Below are positions 1-7,927 of a stretch of 37,246 nt of DNA, piece after piece. The stretch is from the IMG/VR virus record IMGVR_UViG_3300027732_000060, positions 1 through 37,246 of that record, one strand, 5' to 3'. The position numbers and the translations under genes were made by a program. Within the stretch, counting starts at the first letter, position 1, and each line of letters begins with the position of its first letter. A model generated the notes under the pieces. The model saw only the letters and a list, made by a program, of their open reading frames with translations, did not search any database and was not told where the DNA came from. The stretch is from a virus. Its lineage: Duplodnaviria; Caudoviricetes.

Positions 1-351
1 GCCCAAGTACCACGCCCACTCGCAGTAGTACACCCAAGATTTTTCGTTAAACGCTCTGACATGAGTCGGGTCTTGCCACGCGCCATGACTCAAGTCATAC
101 GGCACATGGATGTGCATCTTGCCACCCATCTCCAGCAAGTCGCGGCAGTTGGTCATGGCCTGCACCAAGTTCGGTATGTGCTCCAACACATCATTGGCGA
201 TGATCTTTGAAAACTGACGGTCGATCTGCATCGGCGCACCAATGTCCACAACCCAATCGGCGCCAACATCTGCGCGAATGTCAGCATTCACGCAATCGGC
301 TCGGCGATCCTTGCCCGACCCAAGATTAAGAGTTAAACCACTGTTTTGCAT
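1..351 (-). CDS. Class I SAM-dependent methyltransferase, 5' part (allele of 36203..36700, cut by window edge)
   Basis: ATG at 351; LNLGSG SAM-binding motif and DVLEHI motif; 6 aa differences from the full copy. Confidence 0.85.
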   Translation of the reverse strand, partial: MQNSGLTLNLGSGKDRRADCVNADIRADVGADWVVDIGAPMQIDRQFSKIIANDVLEHIPNLVQAMTNCRDLLEMGGKMHIHVPYDLSHGAWQDPTHVRAFNEKSWVYYCEWAWYLG

Positions 352-897
352 ATTCCGGTCTGTTTTTTAATAGCCACGGTATCGCGGCCTTGGTCAGTGC
401 GTCACCGTTCATGCCCACAGTCTGGCTGCCAATGTGATGCACATATGACCGGCTCAAGTAGTGGTGAAAGCCAGCGGCACGCAAGTCCTCGCAATGCACA
501 TCATCCGAGTACCAGTTCAGCGGTGGAAACTTCGCAGCCTCCCACGCATCGCGCCCGATCCATGCAAAGATAGGGGAGGGGCATTCCATCGGCACAATTG
601 CGTCCTCGTATGGGTACTTGAAGTAGTGCAGCTTCTGGTCAAAGGGATTACTGCGAATATTTTGTACAGGTCTGGCCGCATCGCACCGCGCTGAAACCCA
701 GCCCACAGGCTCACCGGTTTCCGCTTTCAACTGCGCCACATCCTCCATCAGCAGCCGGTAGCTGCTGGGGGTCAGCACAATATCGTCATTGGCGCAGATC
801 ACTGACTCAAACCCATCGGCAAAGGCTTTGTCAATGATCTCGTTGTAGTCCTGACCGAAATTGTGCGGCGCACCAAACACTTTTAGATCAGCGTCAA
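1..897 (+). repeat. Imperfect terminal direct repeat, copy A
   Basis: Aligns without gaps to 36350-37246 (offset 36349); 1-108 and 771-897 identical; ~59 substitutions between. Confidence 0.97.
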
Positions 898-1024
898 AGC
901 CGCCAATAATGGACTCTGGACCGCGCAAATAGACAGGCACTTCGGGACAATACTCGGCAATGCTTGTGAGCATCACCCGCAAACCTTTGCCGTGTACCGT
1001 TGAAATGCATATCGGAGAGATCAC
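326..1024 (-). CDS. Glycosyltransferase family 2-like (GT-A) protein
   Basis: ICANDD DxD-like motif, WYSDDVHC, YVHHIGSQT C-terminal motif; GTGA overlap with upstream gene. Confidence 0.75.
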   Translation of the reverse strand: MISPICISTVHGKGLRVMLTSIAEYCPEVPVYLRGPESIIGGFDADLKVFGAPHNFGQDYNEIIDKAFADGFESVICANDDIVLTPSSYRLLMEDVAQLKAETGEPVGWVSARCDAARPVQNIRSNPFDQKLHYFKYPYEDAIVPMECPSPIFAWIGRDAWEAAKFPPLNWYSDDVHCEDLRAAGFHHYLSRSYVHHIGSQTVGMNGDALTKAAIPWLLKNRPEYAKQWFNS

Positions 1025-1179
1025 TTTTTCGGCTTCTTCGCGGTCTTGGCCGCCAGCTTAAAGTCAGCGGCAGACGGCGCAGCCTTTGATCCAACCTTAT
1101 TCATCTTCTCGCCGCTGCCTTTGGCTATCCGAGCCTGCTTTGCGTTGATGTTGGCGTAGAGGCCAGGCTTAGTCTTCAT
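1021..1179 (-). CDS. Small basic phage protein, 52 aa (absent from ORF track)
   Basis: MKTKPGLYANINAKQARIAKGSGEKMNKVGSKAAPSAADFKLAAKTAKKPKK; fills the gap and overlaps both neighbours. Confidence 0.8.
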   Translation of the reverse strand: MKTKPGLYANINAKQARIAKGSGEKMNKVGSKAAPSAADFKLAAKTAKKPKK

Positions 1180-1657
1180 TTTTCATTCCAATCTTGATTG
1201 TCAGCAATGACTCAGGCATCTCTTCGCCTTCGCTCTCACCCTCTTCGTCCACCACCCAAGCCGAGCAGGTACGGCTGGACGCGCACTTGAAGTCGAATAT
1301 CTCGCAATACCCCAAGTCACCGGCATCAATCACCGCCCATGGGTCTCCCTCATCGCCAATGCCATTTGCAATGCACTCCAGCATGGAATCATCTTGGTTG
1401 AAAGCCGCGCAATTTCCGCACAGGCTTTGCTTGGCATCCTCCTCGGACACCTCCCACTCAGCCGCCATCTGCATCCAATACTGCTTATTCGGCAGCTTAG
1501 GGTTCTCCGGACCGTAGTTCGCAGAATCAATAGCCTTGGCGCGATTCTTCAAGTTCAGCGTAATGTCTTGCGTTGCCATGGGGCAGCTCTCGCCGCCGCC
1601 CTCGTAGCCCTCGTCCTGATCCATGGCCTGATCCATGGTGCGTTTTAAGGTAGCCAT
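1169..1657 (-). CDS. Acidic Cys-rich protein, possible HiPIP-like metal-binding motif
   Basis: CGNC...GYC...C..W pattern; TAATG coupling to upstream gene. Confidence 0.7.
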   Translation of the reverse strand: MATLKRTMDQAMDQDEGYEGGGESCPMATQDITLNLKNRAKAIDSANYGPENPKLPNKQYWMQMAAEWEVSEEDAKQSLCGNCAAFNQDDSMLECIANGIGDEGDPWAVIDAGDLGYCEIFDFKCASSRTCSAWVVDEEGESEGEEMPESLLTIKIGMKNED

Positions 1658-1851
1658 TAACGCATCCCCTTGGTCTTCATGTTCTTGGCAGTGCGAGCAC
1701 CGCGCATGGGCATCTTGGCTTCGGACAGCGCAATGGCGATAGCCTGCTTGGGACTCTTGACTACTTTGCCGCCTTTACCAGAGTGCAATGTGCCAGCCTT
1801 GTACTCGCCCATCACCTTGCCAACCTTCTTTGCTGCCTTGGTCATCTTCAT
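1657..1851 (-). CDS. DUF6496-like small basic protein
   Basis: KVGKVMGEYKAGTLHSG..KVVKSPKQAIAIALSEA signature; AAGGAG RBS. Confidence 0.8.
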   Translation of the reverse strand: MKMTKAAKKVGKVMGEYKAGTLHSGKGGKVVKSPKQAIAIALSEAKMPMRGARTAKNMKTKGMR

Positions 1852-1873
1852 CTGAATGCTCCTTGAAAATTAG

Positions 1874-2070
1874 TTGTTGGTCGGTCTGACAACCCAGACA
1901 GTCGGCGATTGCATCTCAAATAGAGATTGCCCTAGCGAACCAACACGGCTGGAGACTGCCCTTGCTTTGATCGGCACACTTCGGTACAAGGTGAGGCGAC
2001 TCAATCCCCATGCGTGTTGGTGTTGGCTACTTGTTTCGACTGACCTGACAGCGTTCGGTTTCACCAACAG
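1874..2070 (-). ncRNA. Candidate structured non-coding RNA
   Basis: 217-bp intergenic gap; long stem CCAACACG-CA-TGGGGATTG / CAGTCTCCA-GC-CGTGTTGG plus two TGTTGGT/RCCAACA-closed domains; CATAAT -10 just upstream. Confidence 0.5.
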
Positions 2071-2075
2071 TCGCA

Positions 2076-2106
2076 ATTATGCAACCCTTGAGAGGTTTCT
2101 TTTCAA
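2076..2106 (-). promoter_or_regulatory. Possible sigma70 promoter in the terL 3' end, driving the ncRNA candidate
   Basis: TTGAAA-N19-CATAAT; predicted start falls at the 5' stem (~2070); spacer is long. Confidence 0.35.
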
Positions 2107-3549
2107 CGGTTGCGCCCAGTTGTTGCCAGCCTTACTCCCCATCATGCCGATCACCGCATCAGATGCAAATGTCAAACAAAACGCATCAGCCTTGTCGGGA
2201 CTCGCCAAACCCCGCTTTTTGATCTCATCTTTGCTCTCAATCTGAATCTTGCCGTTACTCGTAAACATATAACGCACAGTCGCCAACTCGGCCACCAGTA
2301 ACTCATCCTTTGGCAGCCGACAATCCCGCTGCTCCAGCCACGCCTTGGCCTTGTACCAAAGCTCGGCCTTCAGATTCCTGTAAGTACCGCCCATGGCCGG
2401 TGACTCCGCGACATTGATGCCGCGAGCCGGTAGCTTCAACTCTCTGAGACGATCTACCACGCCAGCGCCCAAGCCAATGCTGTCAACCAGTATCTCCTCT
2501 GGCCGATCGCCTGGCGATAACGCTTCATACTCGGCCACCACCGCGCCGGTCAGCTGCATCAAGTCCAGATTCTTCCAAGTCTTAATCGGCTCAGTCACCG
2601 CGTTACCCCGCCTTTTGCACAGTGCCGAGCGATCCGAGCCAAATCTGGCAACGTCCAACCCCCACACCAGTGGCGCGTAAGGCGATGCCACTACGTCCCG
2701 ATTCATCGCCAAGTCCAGCAACTCCATCGGTATCACCGTATCCTCGTCCGACTTCGGAAACTCACCCAGCACGCGAATCCGGTAAGCGTTACTCTCCTCA
2801 CCGTACCGCGACTTCATCTCCTCAATGTACGCCTCACTCACTCGCGGCGAGTCGGCGCAGGACACCTTCATAGTCACCCAATCTCCCGCCAATCGGTTAT
2901 GAGTGTCGTAAAAGAAACCGCTGGAACGCACAGGATTGCCCAGCAGCAGCGTCACGGCGTTGTGGCCGGACATCGAGCCAGATGCCGCCTCAAACACCTT
3001 CTCAGGTATACCGCTGGCCTCATCCCCCACCAGCATCACATGATCGCTGTGTACCCCTTGCAACGCCTCGGGCTGCTCGGCTCTGGATGTACGCGCCGAG
3101 ATAAACGCCTCCTCGTTAGCATCCTTCACCTCAATCCGGTCCTGCTTCACCTCCAACTGGTCAGCCAGCATCGGCGGCAGCACCTTCACCCAACGCTTAA
3201 CCTCCGCAAACAATGCGTCATATAGCTGTGAGCTTGTCGGTGCGGTGACCACCACCTTCACCGGAAACCTCAACAACAAGTACCAAATCATCGCCCAGCT
3301 CGCCGCCGTACTCTTTCCCACACCGTGACCACTTCGCACCGATATGCGGCGGTTGCCTGACGCGATGTGATTCAAGAATTCCACCTGCCACTCATCAGGC
3401 TCAGTGTTCAGCACCTCCCGCACAAACAGCACAGGATTATTCTTGTAGAGTTTGACGAATTCGATAAATGGGTTATTCGTCAGCAACTCATCAGAATTTT
3501 TTTTCGGGACGCGCTTCTTTGCGGCGGTGGGGGTAGGGGGTAGGGTCAT
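2077..3549 (-). CDS. terL: Terminase large subunit
   Basis: Walker A SGHGVGKS, Walker B LVGDEA, LGNP motif, nuclease GLDVARFGSD and SPDKADA; start uncertain. Confidence 0.96.
   Translation of the reverse strand: MTLPPTPTAAKKRVPKKNSDELLTNNPFIEFVKLYKNNPVLFVREVLNTEPDEWQVEFLNHIASGNRRISVRSGHGVGKSTAASWAMIWYLLLRFPVKVVVTAPTSSQLYDALFAEVKRWVKVLPPMLADQLEVKQDRIEVKDANEEAFISARTSRAEQPEALQGVHSDHVMLVGDEASGIPEKVFEAASGSMSGHNAVTLLLGNPVRSSGFFYDTHNRLAGDWVTMKVSCADSPRVSEAYIEEMKSRYGEESNAYRIRVLGEFPKSDEDTVIPMELLDLAMNRDVVASPYAPLVWGLDVARFGSDRSALCKRRGNAVTEPIKTWKNLDLMQLTGAVVAEYEALSPGDRPEEILVDSIGLGAGVVDRLRELKLPARGINVAESPAMGGTYRNLKAELWYKAKAWLEQRDCRLPKDELLVAELATVRYMFTSNGKIQIESKDEIKKRGLASPDKADAFCLTFASDAVIGMMGSKAGNNWAQPLKRNLSRVA
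3531..3545 (+). promoter_or_regulatory. Two overlapping KOPS-like octamers (GGGTAGGG) pointing toward the dif-like site
   Basis: GGGNAGGG at 3531-3538 and 3538-3545. Confidence 0.35.
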
Positions 3550-3699
3550 GTGGTTATGGGATTCGGTAGGTGTTCGGTTGCATCATCAGTCGCCCCCGCC
3601 GCAAACGCGCAAGGGGGGGGGCATCGAGCCGCGCCAGCCAGCAGGCGGTCGGCAGCGCCACTTGACAGCGTAAAAGTTATCCACATGGCACTATATCGG

Positions 3700-3712
3700 T
3701 AAGTCATTGATC
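3700..3712 (-). promoter_or_regulatory. IHF-binding-site-like sequence
   Basis: GATCAATGACTTA vs WATCAANNNNTTR (8/9 specified positions), between DnaA boxes. Confidence 0.45.
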
Positions 3713-3745
3713 TATATGCTTTCTTACAGAACGCTTACATAATCC

Positions 3746-3773
3746 ATTTAACACGATGTCCATTATGTTAAGT
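3746..3773 (+). other. dif-like Xer recombination site (11-6-11)
   Basis: ATTTAACACGA-TGTCCA-TTATGTTAAGT; right arm 10/11 to E. coli XerD arm TTATGTTAAAT. Confidence 0.7.
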
Positions 3774-3843
3774 CAATTGTGGATAACTTGCCTGTTTCTG
3801 CTTGTTTTGCAGGCATTTTGCAGTTATGCACAGGCCAATGTGC

Positions 3844-4275
3844 TTAACCATTGCGATTATCTGTGGATAAGTCATCGACAACCTCGACATGGCGCAGTGC
3901 CGCCATGCGTAGATCCTGTATGTTGATGTTAACCGAGGCGGCTTTTTGTAAGCCATAAGTCTTCTGATCCCACCGTTCAGCCAGCCACTGCCTGGTTCGG
4001 ATGCGTTGGACATCGCGCTGCGGGTTGCTGTCGGCCATGCTGTCAGCGATGTCCAAAGTCTCCACCGCGAGTTTATCGGCGGCTTTCGCGCGCGCACGCG
4101 CAATTATAGTGGGATCAGTATCTTCGATCCATTGCTCAAGCGCCCTGCGCCCGATGCCAAGTTCGTAGCTAATCTGCGTCTGCGACTTGCCTGCCTCGAA
4201 CATCGAGACGATCATGTCATCTGGCAAATCTTCAAGCAGCGCCATGTCTTGCTTGAATTTCGGTCTTCCTGCCAT
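3844..4275 (-). CDS. terS: Terminase small subunit-like protein
   Basis: N-terminal HTH; ARARAKAAD..DIAD..RIRTRQWLAERW..YG resembles Sf6-type TerS; upstream of terL. Confidence 0.75.
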   Translation of the reverse strand: MAGRPKFKQDMALLEDLPDDMIVSMFEAGKSQTQISYELGIGRRALEQWIEDTDPTIIARARAKAADKLAVETLDIADSMADSNPQRDVQRIRTRQWLAERWDQKTYGLQKAASVNINIQDLRMAALRHVEVVDDLSTDNRNG

Positions 4276-4277
4276 GC

Positions 4278-4367
4278 TTAAACCTGCCCTAGAGCTGTTT
4301 TAACGCGCTGGACGACATCCAGTACCCATTTCTTGATCAAGTCAGCTAATCGCTTAATTTGTTCCAT
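4278..4367 (-). CDS. Possible 29-aa amphipathic peptide
   Basis: MEQIKRLADLIKKWVLDVVQRVKTALGQV; GGAG upstream; fills the gap before terS. Confidence 0.45.
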   Translation of the reverse strand: MEQIKRLADLIKKWVLDVVQRVKTALGQV

Positions 4368-5031
4368 GTTTGTACTTCTCCGCTTGTTTACTGTCGAATT
4401 TCATCTCTGGTTGACCACCTTCAAATGCATGAAGATCGTTTTCTAAGTCATCAAAGCCTGATTGTCCACCGAATTTATCGTTTGCTTTGAAGTTAACCAC
4501 CTTGGCTGTTGGATCAAACGCCTTGACCTTGATGATCTGCTGAACCATCGGATCATTGAAGATTACCTCCAACTCTTCCATTGCCCAGATGAACTTGTTG
4601 TCCAGTTCCTGTCTTTCACGCTGCATAGCTACTGCCTCATTGACCGTCCTGACAATCACCATGACCTGGTCGTTTTGCATCTTCCACTCGATTCTCGGAA
4701 TACTGTTGCTGGCTGGAGTGATCCCCTGATTGGTTGCCCACTGATCCAGCACTGCATACGCCCTGATCATTCCCGCCAGACTTGAATCGAATTTCTCTTT
4801 GTCCTTTGACCATGCTGCTTGGTGCACTCTGCCGGTCTGAATCCAGAATTTCTCTCTAAGTTGACTGTCTACTAAAGTAATCAGTCGATTTTCACCCCAT
4901 TTTCTGTCGCTGACTGCTTTGGCGGCCTCCAACTCCACCAGTTTGGATTGAACATAAATCGTCCACGCATCTGCTTGTGGACTTGGACTCGTTGCTGCTG
5001 GATGCTGTTTGCTTTTTGATTTTGTTGCCAT
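4354..5031 (-). CDS. Hypothetical phage protein, 225 aa
   Basis: ORF 4354..5094 re-started at ATG 5031 (AAGGA RBS); the longer start runs into the iterons. Confidence 0.75.
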   Translation of the reverse strand: MATKSKSKQHPAATSPSPQADAWTIYVQSKLVELEAAKAVSDRKWGENRLITLVDSQLREKFWIQTGRVHQAAWSKDKEKFDSSLAGMIRAYAVLDQWATNQGITPASNSIPRIEWKMQNDQVMVIVRTVNEAVAMQRERQELDNKFIWAMEELEVIFNDPMVQQIIKVKAFDPTAKVVNFKANDKFGGQSGFDDLENDLHAFEGGQPEMKFDSKQAEKYKHGTN

Positions 5032-5059
5032 TTCGGTTTCCTTGGTTTTGTTGTCAATG

Positions 5060-5170
5060 GGTAACACACAGGGGGTAACAAACCTCCGAGTCATAGACTC
5101 TCGGTTTGTTCCTGTTACCTTGTGCGGAACAAACAGGTATCGTTTGTACCTTGTTTGTTACCTGTTACCT
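5060..5170. repeat. Putative replication origin (GGTAACA/TGTTACC iterons and hairpin)
   Basis: GGTAACA at 5060, 5074; TGTTACC at 5113, 5156, 5163; inverted repeat AACAAACC..GAGTC-ATA-GACTC..GGTTTGTT; directly downstream of primase-helicase. Confidence 0.65.
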
Positions 5171-5186
5171 GTCTATTCATACAGTA

Positions 5187-7238
5187 TCAGAACGATTCGC
5201 CTGATTCGCTTTTGGGTGTCAGCCATGCAAATCCACCGCTGATATCGCCGCGCTTGTACTTTGATAAGTCCTTCCTTATGCGTCCCCATGCCACTTTGAA
5301 GCTGTCCTTGTCCTCATCAGTACACCCCATCTTTGACCATAATTCGTCCTTCCAGTGCCTCAACTCCACCGCCATCCGCTGTGACCCCTCGATCAGTTTT
5401 AAGAATCCATTCTTCTTAATTGCTATTTCCAGACATTGGAGTGACAAGATTTGATTTTGGCCAAAACCCGCGTTGCTTTTGGTGTCCTTTTTTATCGCCT
5501 CAAACTGTCCAATCTCGCTCGGATTGACGGCCAAACTAGTTTGCGGCTCACCGATCTGGAGTGTTCCGGCTGGCGCTGGCAGCTCCACCGTGACCATCTC
5601 AAAGCCATAGCGTTCATTGTCTGATCCGTCTTTCTGCTTGGCGATCCGCACCAAACCCTTCATGGAGTCCTCAATACGCAGCAACTCCAACTCGGTATCT
5701 ACGGCTGCAAGCAAACTTGAGCTGCCCCGCATTCCGCGACTACTGTCCTTCCCGCTGTGATGAATAAACAGCAACCCTGCGCCCTGCACGATCTTCTGTA
5801 TATGCCCACAGGTCACCACAAACTGCATCATGTCTGATGCCGAGTTCTCGTCTCCACCGCCAAAGGCTCGCGCCAGCGTGTCTATGACGATCAACTTAAA
5901 GTCGATGCCGGTTTCCATGACCAGCGTCTCCACGGCCAGCACTAGCGCGTTGAAGTCTTCAATGCTCGATCTCAGGTTGAGCTGATGCCTGATGACGTAG
6001 ATGGGAGCGCCGTTTTCAGTCTGGTGGTGGATTTTGAGAGCCTTAATCCGAGCGCCGATACCGCCAAAGCCCTCGCCTGCGATGTACAGCACCGCGCCAG
6101 CCTCTGTCACCTCTTTGCCCATCCACGGCCTGCCTGTCGCTATGCTGTGGGCAATGTCCAGCGCAATGAACGACTTGAATGAGCCTGGCGGTCCATAGAG
6201 CGCACTGAACGCACCTTGTGGCAACACGCCATGAATCAGCCACTTCACCGGCTCATCTTGTATCGAGTCCCAATGCTCGATGGCGATCTGCTTGCCGATC
6301 TTGGCTTGTTCCTTTGGTGGCGCTGGCTCTGCCTCGAATTCCTTGGCGATGTCCTCGGCTGCCGGTGTTGCTGTTTGCACTTGATTGATGATCGGATTCA
6401 ACCTTTCGGGCATTGTTACCTGATCCACGCTGGTGATGATTGGCGCTGCCTTGACCAGAGCCACCAGCTTGTCGCGGCTGCCACCCTCTTCTATGAATTC
6501 ATAGGCATCATCGCCCTGCCCTTGCAGACCGAGGTCAACTACCTTGACCGACTTAGCGATGGGCAGTATTGCCTCGGCTGCCTTGTGCGCGTACTGCCAG
6601 CCGACTGCATCGTTGTCCGGCAGGATGATCACTTGAGCGCCAGCGAAATACTCGGTGATGGCAGCAGGCCATGATCCTGCGCCAGTATGCGCGGTGCTGG
6701 CGATCATGCCAATTGACTTGATGGCATCGGCGGCTTTCTCGCCCTCCACCAAGAAGATGTTGCGTCCCGCGGTCTTCGCGTCCAGTAATGCTGGTAAGTC
6801 ATAAGGGACTATGCGTGCGTCACTGAGCGAGCCTTGCTTTCTGCCGTGCTCGTCAATCTTGTACAGCCGGTAAGTCTTGCCTGACTCGCCAACCTTAAGG
6901 CGCTGCTTGACGAATACCGGCTGACGGTTCTCATCGGTGTATACCCATTCCTGCTGAAACTCCACTTTGGGTATCGGCTTGATGTTGGCGAGTGGGTCTG
7001 GCCGTTCTTCCAGTTCCGGCAGCAGGTGCATTGACCTGATGGTGTGGAAGACATCCTCCTGACTGCACCCACCATGGCAGTGGAAGAGAGGCACGCCTTG
7101 GTCATTGATGTCGATGCTGAGTGATGGATTCTTGTCGCCGTTGCCTTTGCCGTGTGACGGTACAGGGCAACTCGCCACCCACTGACCGTTTGCTTTTTTT
7201 GCGTTGCCGAGCTGCTTGGCTATTTGTTCTGCTTGCAT
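5187..7238 (-). CDS. Primase-helicase (Zn finger, TOPRIM, RepA/AAA_25-type helicase)
   Basis: CPVPSH..HCHGGC; LVEGEKAAD..PDND; Walker A GPPGSFKS; Walker B VIDTL; HHSGKD..RGSS. Confidence 0.92.
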   Translation of the reverse strand: MQAEQIAKQLGNAKKANGQWVASCPVPSHGKGNGDKNPSLSIDINDQGVPLFHCHGGCSQEDVFHTIRSMHLLPELEERPDPLANIKPIPKVEFQQEWVYTDENRQPVFVKQRLKVGESGKTYRLYKIDEHGRKQGSLSDARIVPYDLPALLDAKTAGRNIFLVEGEKAADAIKSIGMIASTAHTGAGSWPAAITEYFAGAQVIILPDNDAVGWQYAHKAAEAILPIAKSVKVVDLGLQGQGDDAYEFIEEGGSRDKLVALVKAAPIITSVDQVTMPERLNPIINQVQTATPAAEDIAKEFEAEPAPPKEQAKIGKQIAIEHWDSIQDEPVKWLIHGVLPQGAFSALYGPPGSFKSFIALDIAHSIATGRPWMGKEVTEAGAVLYIAGEGFGGIGARIKALKIHHQTENGAPIYVIRHQLNLRSSIEDFNALVLAVETLVMETGIDFKLIVIDTLARAFGGGDENSASDMMQFVVTCGHIQKIVQGAGLLFIHHSGKDSSRGMRGSSSLLAAVDTELELLRIEDSMKGLVRIAKQKDGSDNERYGFEMVTVELPAPAGTLQIGEPQTSLAVNPSEIGQFEAIKKDTKSNAGFGQNQILSLQCLEIAIKKNGFLKLIEGSQRMAVELRHWKDELWSKMGCTDEDKDSFKVAWGRIRKDLSKYKRGDISGGFAWLTPKSESGESF

Positions 7239-7261
7239 TTATGGCTGCCAATATTTAAAGG

Positions 7262-7291
7262 AAAAAAAAGCCTGGGGTTTTACGCCCAGGC
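7262..7291 (-). terminator. Rho-independent terminator after SSB-like gene
   Basis: Minus strand GCCTGGG-8 nt-CCCAGGC followed by T8. Confidence 0.8.
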
Positions 7292-7307
7292 ACTTGACTG
7301 CTAAGTC

Positions 7308-7895
7308 TTAGAACATCTCGTCATCAGCCACTGCTGCGGCCATCACTGACTTGGGTGGCGCTGGTGGTGCAACTGGTGCAGGCGTAGGCTTATTGAATGG
7401 CGCTGGCTCTTCCACGCTGTCAGCGTCCATTCCAGCGGGACGATCAATCCAACTGATGATGTTGAACGCTGGAATGCGAGTCGTGCCTTTGCCGATCTTC
7501 TCCAACTTGCTGCCGGTGTACTCCAGCACAGGCAATTTGCCAGCATTGGCGGCTTGCTGTGCCGCGCAGTCCAAGTACAGTTTTTCCAATCCCATGTTCG
7601 GACCGACTCCAGAAGATGACCACTCGCACAGTCCGAGCGCCTTGTTGTAGAAGTGGATGATGAATCCGCGCTTGTGATCTGGTGACGGTTGCTGGCCTTT
7701 CTTGCCAAGTGAGACATCGGCCTGCCAATCGCGTACACCTACACCGAGTTGCAGCCAGCCGGTTTGCACCGTGTTGATGTCGAATACAACCTTGCCGAGT
7801 TGGATTTCCTCGCCGAGATTGTTTGTCCAAGCGTTGGCTTGGGGAGAGAAGCGGATGTAGTTTCCAGAGCCGCCAGCAGATGAGAGGTTTAACAT
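7308..7895 (-). CDS. Probable single-stranded DNA-binding protein
   Basis: Between nuclease and primase; Pro/Ala linker and acidic-aromatic tail DDEMF. Confidence 0.6.
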   Translation of the reverse strand: MLNLSSAGGSGNYIRFSPQANAWTNNLGEEIQLGKVVFDINTVQTGWLQLGVGVRDWQADVSLGKKGQQPSPDHKRGFIIHFYNKALGLCEWSSSGVGPNMGLEKLYLDCAAQQAANAGKLPVLEYTGSKLEKIGKGTTRIPAFNIISWIDRPAGMDADSVEEPAPFNKPTPAPVAPPAPPKSVMAAAVADDEMF

Positions 7896-7927
7896 TTTGA
7901 GTTTAGCTTTCTAAGTTTCGGGGTTGC

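Larger units (their letters stand above)
3677..3870. promoter_or_regulatory. DnaA-box cluster
   Basis: TTATCCACA 3677-3685; TGTGGATAA 3778-3786 and 3862-3870; TTATGCACA 3824-3832. Confidence 0.8.

Noticed and set aside
1-897. Diversity-generating retroelement template/variable repeat pair
   Set aside because: Differences are not adenine-specific and are largely synonymous; no reverse transcriptase gene
1874-2070. tRNA gene
   Set aside because: No T-loop, D-loop or acceptor-stem geometry
1870-2076. 68-aa minus-strand ORF and 123-aa plus-strand ORF in the gap after terL
   Set aside because: TTG starts without RBS and no recognisable motifs; extensive base-pairing fits an RNA better
3662-3695. 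Plus-strand promoter at TTGACA 3662
   Set aside because: No acceptable -10 at 16-18 nt and no plausible downstream gene
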